58,576 nt of DNA from assembly GCA_032718475.1 (NCBI GenBank), contig JAUCBJ010008113.1:1-58576 (forward strand), in the 5' to 3' direction. The first letter of the stretch is position 1. Every line of letters begins with the position of its first letter. A model generated the notes under the pieces. The model saw nothing but the letters and a program-made list of their open reading frames with translations. It was not told the origin of the DNA and did not search any database. The position numbers and the translations under genes are program-made. The stretch comes from Nemertoderma westbladi. Lineage: Eukaryota > Animalia > Xenacoelomorpha. Positions 24,681-34,800 of this stretch are shown here, piece after piece.

Positions 24681-25252
24681 GAGTTGTAAGAGTTAGAGAG
24701 TTAGTAAGAGTTAGGGAATTAGTAGAGTTAGGGAGTTAGTAGGGTTAGTAGTAAGAAGTGAGAGGGGGGCACGTGGGTACAGAAGAACAGACCGTGTAGG
24801 CCGCACGAGACATACTACTGTACTGCACAGCCCGTAGAGTAGGTCAGAATGTTTGATACAGGGCCAGGAGGTTACCTGGTGCAGACTAGCACAGTAAGGA
24901 ATAGCTAGCCTAACCTGTATGCAAACCATAGGGGTTATTTAGACAAATAATCCATTATAAGTATTGATAGCACAGTAATAGAATTAAAATTATAATTAAA
25001 TTAAAGGTTCAACAAATTATAGTAACAGTAGGCAGAAAATTCGAGAACATAATAAAAGTAACTGACATATTTAGGGAATTTAGGGAAATTTAGCACTTTA
25101 GGGGGTAGATAGGGAAAATATAGTGTAAAACCTAGCGTTCTGAGAGAGATAGGCCATTATCGGACCGCACAGACCATCCTAACTACATCACTCACCTATA
25201 TTGAGCCTTGGCAAGGCACCACCTTGTAGGTGAGCGATCAGGAGCGTTTGAA

Positions 25253-27657
25253 ATGGCGGAGAGACTTGTCAGAAAGAGAAAGGCGGAAATGGATGGAAAG
25301 GAGATACTAGTAGATTTCACCGAGAGGCATCTGGAGGAGAAGACGAGGGGATACTACGAGCGGTTAGAGAAGGGTCACAAGGTGCGAGCGCTGCAGGACC
25401 ATTTCGGGGATGTGCACAAGAGGCGGCTGGTTGGGACCTACGGGACGCCGTCGCTGGACAATGCGATCTTCGAGCATTTCCACTACGTGGGGAAGGGAGA
25501 CGAGGCAAAGTTCGGGATACCGAAGTATCCGAGGGAACCACAGAGAAAGGACTGGAAGAGGTTCGTAGAGTCCGTCAGCAGGGGAGGATACATGGTCCTA
25601 GACGACGAAGGGACCGTGGAAGATGACGAGGGTTCGAGGAGAGGGTCGGCGGGGTCGGCCAGAACCATACTTCTACATTTGGCTGCGCCAAATGGGGACA
25701 TATTCCTGTTCGATCTGGGAACGTATGGGAAGAAGAGCGGGCTGAAGTTAAACCGGTTGCCAAGGGCGGTGCAGAACGTAGTAAGGGAGAAGTCGACGAT
25801 GAAGGTGGGATTGGCAATCCGTGACGATGCGGAGAGGATCATCAGTCCGGAGACCCCCAACCTCCTGGACCGGCAAACGGTCTACATGTCTAAACCTATT
25901 CATGGCCATGGTTATCGGAAGAGAGCAAACAGCATTTCTGCTATCAGGATCACCCCTGAACTACAGAAGAGCCTTCAAAGTGGCCTTCGAGGGTCTGGCA
26001 GACCACCCGGGGCTGTAGGGCGAGTCGGTATACTACAACTGCCGATATCTAGTAGACAGGGAGGTGGATACACCATATCAGAGGTGGGAGAAGCTGGAGG
26101 CGGATAGACTAGAGGAGAAGCGATTGGAAGAAATCGCCAGACGAGAAAGGAGGGAGGCAGACGAAAGAGAGGTGGAAGCTAGAGGAAGGTAGGGCTAGGG
26201 TTAGGGCTACGGGTTCAAGGCCCAGGCCTTGGACGATTTACAGTGGGGATCAGGGAGCTCGGGCGAGTCTCTGGGGCGGGAGTTGGGATGGACGGAAGGA
26301 TCGCCGAAACAGTCGACATCGGGATTGCAGGCGATGCCCATGCCAGGGGGCGCCGAGGGCGATTTCGCGAAGAAAAGACCAAGGGAACTAGAACGATGGA
26401 AAGTTACGGGCAAAAGCAAAGGTTGGAAGGGACACAGTGGGTCTACCGGGATACTGGGTTTGGATCTACTCCCAGCGGAGGACGAGGATGACGACAAGTT
26501 CGGGGAGATGCTGCCCATCGAGAGGATTGGCCACTCAGACAGGGACTGGATTGGCGGGAGAGTGGTGACGGCCAGTGGGGCGAGGGCCTTCTGGGATAAA
26601 CCCGGCAAGCGTGCCTGGGTGCATGAGGAGCCGGCGATGGATTTCGTGGGGAGCACCATCAGGTTGGGCGAACAACTGGGAACGGCACCATGGGTAGTGT
26701 TCGGAGAGACGATGCCGAGGCGAGACGAGGACAAAGACATGGACAGAGACGTTAACGTACAGAAGTTTGCTTACCAACGGCTCCATAGACCGAGGAGATC
26801 GCTTGGGGCAAAAGACGACTTGGGGCGAGATGCGTTGATACACGGCTGCGATTACTGCAGGAGGCTGACTCACCAGGAAAAGAGCTGCTTGTATCGATTC
26901 CAGAAGGGGACGAGTTGCCTCTACTATCGCAAGTCGAGTTACAGGATGGAGGCGTGTCCGCGGTTGCACAACCAGTGTTCTAAGTGTAACTTTCGGGGAC
27001 ACTACAGACGCCAGTGCGACTTGATGGACGATGAAGAGAAGTTTAAGATCTTCGAGGAGTGGGCCGACGTCGGGGTCATGACGCGGCAAAGAATGAATGC
27101 CCAGGAGTTACGGAGGGGTTTCTTCAATATTAACCAGGAGGCCCACCTGGAAATTATTAAACGGAGACTTCCATTTACTTATCAAGATGTAGCGATGGCA
27201 GCATCGTATGGTGGAGTGATCAATACACAGAGGTATTTAGATAGATGGGCGCCAGAGAACCGGGGAGAGTTCAGAGATTTCCTGGTGGAGCATGTGCCGC
27301 GGGACATGAAGGTGATCTTATGGGACGCTACTAGGGGAAATTTACTAGGGGCTACTAGGGCTACTAGGGTACATGTTTCTTACTATATAAACAATGTATG
27401 AAAATAATAATAATAATAATAATAATAAAAAGTGGCAGGGGCATTCGGAGGGGCCACCTGTGAAGCGATACCGGGAGCTAATAACATCAGCGCCCAAGGA
27501 ATCGACCACGGGAATCAGTAAGGAGGTAATGGCAAGGATGAGAAGCCTTAAGGAGGACAAGAACAAGGAAGCGGCAACAACCAGGAAGCGACTGAGACAG
27601 GATGACAACAGAGGGAAGGAACTGAGATGGTTCCCAGATTCAGGAGGAGCGAATTAG
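25253..27657 (+). pseudogene. Element 2 accessory ORF2: DEDDy-like 3'-5' exonuclease plus three CCHC zinc knuckles, disrupted
   Basis: VLDDEG (ExoI); ILLHLAAPNGDIFLFDL...LPRAVQNVVREKSTMKVGLAIRDD (ExoII); frameshift or deletion at ~25890; stops at ~26016 and ~26190-26204; knuckles CDYCRRLTHQEKSC, degenerate CLYYRKSSYRMEAC, CSKCNFRGHYRRQC; (AAT)n insertion at ~27340-27430; basic tail to the stop at 27657. Confidence 0.8.
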
Positions 27658-28400
27658 AACTTGGAGGGGGAGATGTGGGGATGCCTGGAAGGCACCACAT
27701 GCGAAGTAATACGAACTTCTAAGTGCAAATTTAATAAAAGTGCAATTAGTATGTACGTATGTAATAAGTATAATTATATAATCAATACATATTCATATAT
27801 ACTCAAAGTAAGTACTATAGTCATGTAACCTTTTCCAACTAGCTACTGGGACTGGGGACCAATTGACTATAACAGGACGAGACACTAGACGACTCACACT
27901 TCTTGAGTGCGACGGCGCGAAAGGGGAGGGTGAGGCTCGTCAGGGGTGAGTGGAGCGAAACGGGTAAGGGTTGAGTATAGGAGCGCAGGGAGATAGTGAG
28001 AAGAGGTGTTGACGCGTGCGGAAGGAGTACAGGTGCAATTCAAAATGTGGGGAGCGAGGAGTAAGAAACAGAGTGAGGGACAAAGAGGTCCAAAAGTAGA
28101 GTGGAGTTAGAGTGGAGTTAGAGTGGAACTAGAGAAGTCAGAGTCAGTCTAGAGTAGAGTGGAGATATAAAATTGTGTGAGAAGAGTCCACAATTGTCTC
28201 AAACCGAGCTGCCAGATATCTTGGTGCAACATAGGTTGCGGTTGCACCAAGAAGGGGTAGTAATATCATACCCAGAGGGAGCGGCCTGGAAAGTCGACTC
28301 CAAGAAAAGAGCTCCACCCCACACCCGATAGTGGATCGGGTTCGAGCGGAAATGAAGCGCACTTAGAGGTGATGCTATCTTCTCACCGGGAAGATAGCAT

Positions 28401-28408
28401 GGGGGGAG
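28401..28408 (+). promoter_or_regulatory. Polypurine tract of element 2
   Basis: ggggggag immediately before the TGT of the 3' LTR. Confidence 0.85.
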
Positions 28409-29013
28409 TGTATGCGGATTCAATTCCGCCGCACTACCCTCACAAAGTTGGGAAGTTGCACCTTTTTCAGCAATACGTTGGAGAAACGAGATTGGCAATA
28501 ACCAATCTCGTATCACAACCAACACCGGGGACAACACAAGTCCCAAAGCCACACAAAGGGAGGTTAGAGGTCAATCCACCTCGAAAAGGGGAAAACAACC
28601 AGCAGGGGCCAACAGGGGAGGGGGGGGAACACTCCCAGAGAGAGTGAGAGGCGTGAACAAGGTTATTGGCCAATAGGGGCGAAGGAGGGCATCCACTGGG
28701 TGAAAGGCCACAGTAGTGTAGCGGTAGAGTATTATATATTATATATTATCTATTTGCTACTGGCCCATAGCTCAGTCTATTCAGTAGTCAGTTTCAGTGC
28801 AGGCCGGCAATATAGTTCTACCGTCACTGCAGTACTGCCTTGTATATTATCTATTTTGTTACCGGTTACTCAGTATTATTGCTATCATTACTTTATATCG
28901 TATTATATTACATTCACGAAGGAACATCAAACTAAGACTCTTTTATTAACCATCATCAGCCTGTCGTGACGCGTAAGAATCAAATCCGGTCGGGATCCCT
29001 TGATCCCGTCACA
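28409..29013 (+). repeat. 3' LTR of element 2 (605 bp)
   Basis: tgtatgcggatt...cccgtcaca, preceded by the PPT and followed by the TSD. Confidence 0.93.
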
Positions 29014-29225
29014 GCTGTCAGTTGTCACCTGTCGGTTGGCTACTATCGGTTATTTACTTTGGTTGTCTGCTGTCGGTTGTCACCTTTCGGTTGGCTACTA
29101 TCGGTTATTTACTTTGGTTGTCTGCTGTTGGTTGTCACCTGTCGGTTGGCTGCTGTCGGTTATTTACTTTGGTTGTCTTCTATCGAGTGACTGTTGTGTG
29201 CTGTCGGCAGTTGGTGGTCTGCTGT
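29014..29225. repeat. Continuation of the tgtcggttg satellite split by element 2
   Basis: Same unit and orientation as 16140-16408. Confidence 0.8.
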
Positions 29226-30191
29226 AGGCGTAACGTTTACACCTTTCCGACACTGACTAGCTGTTGTAGTTATTTTTTGTGAGTCGGGACTATCAGCTGG
29301 CTGCTAGTTAGTTCACGAGATAAAAGGCAAAAATTATAATGTGCCAAAATACATCAGAGAGAAAAATAATGTAAATTATTATATTTTTTATAACAATATA
29401 TAATGTATATTGTATATGATAAATGTTGTATGTATATTACAGTGTATACTACATACAATAACGCATCGCTGTAAAATAAAGTTATCTTATTGATCCATTT
29501 TTTGCTTATGTGCTATGCTGTGAAGCAATTAATCCTAATGAAATGTATTATTCATGTGAATTATACTCTCGACATGTGGTATCAGTTAATTCCTTCTGCA
29601 CAGTGAGGATTACTCTAACTCTATATTGCTTAAACCACTACAACTGTATGGTAAATTGGTTATGATATTTTAGAAGATGGGAATAGGTGAGTCATCAGTC
29701 CATTACATTCAATATTAGGCTGGAGAGAGAGGCCGCTTTCAGATGTCCTGAATCCAATAATGGTGGCAACCGTTTTTCCCTTAGTTGTTGCCATAATTCA
29801 AATTTTTCAGATTGAAAAATTCCCGTTTTGGGTTTCTCATTATTAGTGTCAACTTCACATGCGCTATTGTGTTGAACCATTAATATTATATACCTACATT
29901 GAACCATTTTGGTCAGGTCAGGGTCCCCAGATCGGCCGTCAATATGGCAATAATTTTGACTACCTGTAGCTGTTTAACCCATCAGTAAGGCAGGCAGCCA
30001 GCCAGATCTGCACTACTAATCTCATTAGGTACAGTAGTAGCTGTTAATGTGTGACTAATCGATCGGTTTATCTGATCGATTTGCCAGCTCTCTCTTAGTG
30101 AGGCACTAACTAACACAATATTGGGGAGTCACCTATATGGTTCATCCCTGTATAATCTGTGCACAATGGATATAAACCATTATTTTATTTA

Positions 30192-31371
30192 TGTTCGCGG
30201 TATTTCAACTTTCCATAACGCGAGTTGAATATTTTTGTATTTTATTAAAATTGATTATTCCGATATTACTACTGGATGCGGGACCATGGGTTTTGGGCAC
30301 ATTCAATAAACTGGGGGCGATTTATGGGCGAACTTTGGGGCAACTTACAGGGTACGGGAATAATTTCATAGTTATAAGGGCCAGGGGGGATGGAAAATGC
30401 AAGCAGTATTCAGGTTAGCCTGAGTACTATTAGGCCCTGGCCAACTTCCTGCTGCCCGTAGGGGTGGATTTGGTAATGCGCCAGGCCTAAAGGACAAGGA
30501 CTGCCCTTAGCGGTCCCTGGCCAACAGCAGCCATTACGAGACTGAAAAGAACTCGGACCGCTGACTGCTTGTGTCAGGGATTTGCGACGGGCACCGACGG
30601 CCCCTTAGTAGCCAAGCCGTTCTGGTTCTCGATGATCGAACCCTGGGGTTCGTGAGGGGTGGAGCGGACACGCGATGGGGTCGAAAGACAAAGGACTAGA
30701 CTCGACTAGACTCTACTGGCCTACCGACTGTTCGGAGCAGTTTCTCGGCTGCCGAAGCGACTACGAGTCTGAAACGGACTCGGAAAGCCTAGGTGGTTGG
30801 GTTTCTGTGATGAACTGACGGACCCCTAGCCAAGCCGTTCTGGTTCTCGATGATCGAACCCTTCGGGGTTCGTGAGGGGTGGAACGGACACGCGAACGGG
30901 TCCACCGACACGACAGACTCCTAGCCAAGCCGTACTGGTTCTCAATGATCGTTCCCTTCGGGGTTCGTGAGGGGTGGAACGGACACGCGACAGGGTCGAC
31001 CGACACTACGGCACTAAGACTGGGACCGAGGGAAAATCTGGGGAACATTAGGTAGGCTAAAATTCTGAGCGAACAGTGGGTTATTAAATAATATACCGTA
31101 GGGATTTATATTATCGTGTATAATTATTGTGAATATTTGGTGTATATTGATTTGGGGAAGCCCAAAATTATTCTTAATCAAGGTTCAACAGAGTTCAGTT
31201 ACATTAAAGAGTATATCCAACTAATGCAGCTTTTCTCAACCGCAAACTTGCATCTCAGAAATATTCCCTCCCCACAATCAATATCCGGTGACTGGCCGGG
31301 GCTCGGTGGTCTGTTAAGTCACGTCTCCAGCATCGGCGTTTTTCCCCCCTGGTGTAGGAATAACGGCAACA
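30192..31371 (+). repeat. 5' LTR of element 3 (1180 bp; 3 internal repeat units)
   Basis: tgttcgcggtatttc...taacggcaaca; near-identical to the 3' LTR outside the repeat array. Confidence 0.96.
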
Positions 31372-31622
31372 AAATTAAGAATAATTAATGCGGTTAATTT
31401 TGACACGGTGTCAAAATTAAGAATAATTACGGTCAACTTCAACTGGTGGAAGTTGAGAATCCTTCAATACTCTTCAAAAACTCTCTACGTGCTTGCCAGC
31501 ACCCACTACGAGGAAACTCTGGTATTTGAGTTGAGACAAAGTCGTGGTTTAATTAATCAGCAAACTCGATCTAACCAACTCGTAGTCGGCAGATCACATA
31601 TTTGGAGAGTTGTTAACAGGGA

Positions 31623-31814
31623 ATGGAAGTATCGATCACACCCATTGATATAATTCAAGTTGAGCCAGGAATCTGGCACGTCGAAGTTGAGGTGCAAGGA
31701 ACGAACGTTGGACGATTCAGGATTACTGTTCGGGTGGTCCAAGCTGAGTACAATACCTACGAGGAACTGTTTTACGACATCGCGTATCTAGCCATCGACG
31801 AGGCGTTACAATGA
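31623..31814 (+). CDS. 63-aa upstream ORF overlapping the gag start by ATGA; unknown function
   Basis: ATG in good context (GGAATGG); TGA at 31812-31814 overlaps the gag ATG at 31811-31813; ordered-looking acidic sequence. Confidence 0.45.
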   Translation: MEVSITPIDIIQVEPGIWHVEVEVQGTNVGRFRITVRVVQAEYNTYEELFYDIAYLAIDEALQ

Positions 31815-34800
31815 CAACAAATAACGTATCCGATACCGACGAGATGGATCACCACACAGACTCGGAAGCCGACGAGGTACCAAATGTCAAGAACATGACC
31901 CGTCGGTTAGGGGCTCTTAAAGGCGGAGTAACCCGAGCGTATCAACGGATGGAGAAACAACTCAAGGGAGTCAAAACCCCCCTCAATGAGGTACAAACTC
32001 AGCTTCAAAGTATCCGAAATATCCTACAGCGGTACGAAAGAATGATACAGGCGTACCAAGAGCTCGTTCCCCCCACCGATCAGGAAAACTACCCCAAGTT
32101 GGAAGAACACGTTGTACATCTAGATGGGTTCCGCAAACAACACCGGAGGGCCCTCAGCCTTGTGAGAGGCTATGAGGAACAGTATTACAAGAGGGCTGAC
32201 GCGGAATCAGTACGATCCTCCAGCATCAGGACAGCAGTACATCGTAAGAGAACGGGGTCCGCTAGAAATCAGCACTCCAGCGCTAGGAGCGAGATATCCG
32301 GCTCGGCGCGCAGTTCTCAAGGGGCGCCGCCACTCCGAGACCAACTGCGAGAACGGAAGGCATTAGCCCTCAAAGCTCGGATGGAAGATGAGTATATTCA
32401 ACTGCAAGCCGAGCAAGATGTATTAGCCGCCGAAACACAAAAGCGAGAGGCCGAACAAGCGGCCGAACGGCAGGCCGAACAACGCGAACAGGAGGCCGAA
32501 CAACATAGACGAGAAGCCGAACGGCAGGCCGAACAACGTGAACAGGAGGCCGAACAACATAGACGAGAGGCCGAACGACAGGCCGAACAACATAGACGAG
32601 AGGCCGAACGGCAGGCCGAACAACGTGAACAGGAGGCCGAACAACATAGACGAGAGGCCGAACGGCAGGCCGAACAACGTGAACAGGAGGCCGAACAACA
32701 TAGACGAGAGGCCGAACAACATAGACGGGAGGACGAACGACAGGCCGAACAACGCAAACAGGAGGCCGAACAACGCGGACGAGAGGCCGAACGAGAGATC
32801 GAACAACGTAAATGGGAAGCGGAAATGCGTAAACAACACGCCGAGGCCCAAGCAATTCTTATCCACAAAAAGAATGCGGATATTGCAAAACTCGCAGAAT
32901 ACGAAGCCGCACTTATAGAACGAGATATTCAACTCTACGAGGACTGGGAAAGGGATATAGATCAGGAATATGAACCAATTCCGGTACCGGAGTTAGAAAA
33001 GTCATTTACACCAACAGCGGCGAAACCTCCGAAACCCGAGATCCCGCCTACCAAACAGTCTACGCTATCGGCACAAGCTCCGGTGTTTCATCCCCCACCG
33101 GCTACGCTAAAGAATGAGGAACCCTATTTCCCATCCAACACCACGACAGCGAGTGTACCCAAGTACGAGCCTGAAAAGGACTCGGAACGGGACGCCACTC
33201 CCCGATCAAACAACCTATTTACATCAACACCACAAACTCGCAGCCGCGTCATTATTAAAACTCCGCCTATTATTGATCCATCAAGTATGGGAGTGAGTGC
33301 CAATAACTATAATCCTCCGAGTCACTCCAGTTCAGACGACGTCAGCATCATCCGAGCGTTGGAGAACCGCCTTGCCATGCCGAAGATGGAGATTCGCACC
33401 TTCGAAGGAGATCCCGTCGATTACCTCAGATTCAAGAAACGGTTCTTTGCGCAGATTGGATCAACGGACATAGCCGACGCACAGAAATTGGTATATTTAT
33501 CGCAATACCTGGGTGACAAACCACGCAGAATTGTTGCATGTTTTGAAGGAGGTTCTCATGAGGCATACTATGACGCATGGAAAACTCTAGACAAAAGATA
33601 CGGAAATACCGGAACTATAATTAATAAAACTCTAGAGAGACTGATACAGGACGCGGGATCACTAGGGGACCCACAGAACATACAGGAATTCTCCGACTCT
33701 ATGAAAGATGCCTATTATACTCTGAAACCCTTAAATAAGGAGGACCAGGTGAACAACATTCTAAACCTCCGACAGATCGCCCGGAAGTTCCCCGGATGGC
33801 TACAAAGTAAGTGGGCTTATAAATGTGTAGATCTCCGGTGCAGACATCCAGATCGAGATCCTAGCTTCCTTGAAATGTCGGCATTCCTGGACGATATCTC
33901 CGAAGCCATGAATGACTCGATGTTTTCAAAACAAAGTCTCGCAAAGTTGGACGGAATAGAGAGCAACTCCAGGAGTAAGATAACCCCTCCGAAACCGAGA
34001 TTCCGCCCCCCACCGGTAAGTACGATGGCCATTACCATGGCCGAGGATTCCGACGACGAAGACTACGAGGAACCGACATCCGCTGAGGAATGGGCATGTT
34101 ATCTCGCGAGTTGGGCACCCGAAAGGGAAGGCATCACAAATTCCCTGCTCTGTCTCTTCTGTGGGGAGAAACACAAAGTGGAATTCTGCAGAAAGTTTCA
34201 GTTCGCCGAACTCGTCCCACGCTTCGAGGCGATAATGAAACACCGAGGATGCTTCCGGTGTCTTGGAACAGGTCACTATGTTCGGGAGTGCGACCAAAGA
34301 TCATGCTGTGCTGTCTGTAACGACCAACGCCATCACACGCTCCTCCACATCCCCGCAAACTTCGATTTTACTACCCTCCCCTTTCGGATCGAAGCCAGGC
34401 GAAGAGGAGAAACAAACCACGTCTCCAAAGGAACCCGGACAACCCAACGGAGAGAAACCAACCCGTTTAAAATCTACACCGATACACCACAAGTAACCAA
34501 TATTTCGGCCACGATTAATCTTATAAATCGCCGCTACATGGTCTTCGCAAAGGTGATCCCAGTAAGGATCCAAGGAGTCGGCAAATCTTTGACGACACTC
34601 GCGTTCCTCGATAACGGATCCGACGGAACCATCATCGACCGGGATTTCCTCGAGCAACTCGGCCTAGAATATGAACCTTGTAAACGGCCCATACAAACCA
34701 TCACCGATAACAAAGAAGTAGAGTCCGGGGAGGTACAACTCCAGATGGAAGGAGTGATGAAGGGCTACGAAACGGCTAAGTTAACCATCAAGAACGCCTT

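Larger units (their letters stand above)
16409..29013 (+). mobile_element. BEL/Pao LTR retrotransposon, element 2 (decayed)
   Basis: TGT...ACA termini, 5-bp TSD GCTGT (16404-16408 and 29014-29018), two LTRs, gag-PR-RT-RH-IN order. Confidence 0.95.

Noticed and set aside
26190-26214. Telomere-like hexamers / G-quadruplex motif (gggctagggttagggctacggg)
   Set aside because: Only one exact TTAGGG, inside a G-rich decayed ORF; cannot be distinguished from chance.
30609-30990. SECIS elements in the LTR repeats (AUGA...GA)
   Set aside because: The stem above the GA pairs is too short and lacks the apical AA; no in-frame UGA in the long ORFs. Kept only as generic K-turns.
32370-32932. Antisense ORFs over gag repeats (also 4422-4860 and many short ORFs opposite gag-pol)
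   Set aside because: Explained by codon bias and repeats of the real ORF on the other strand.
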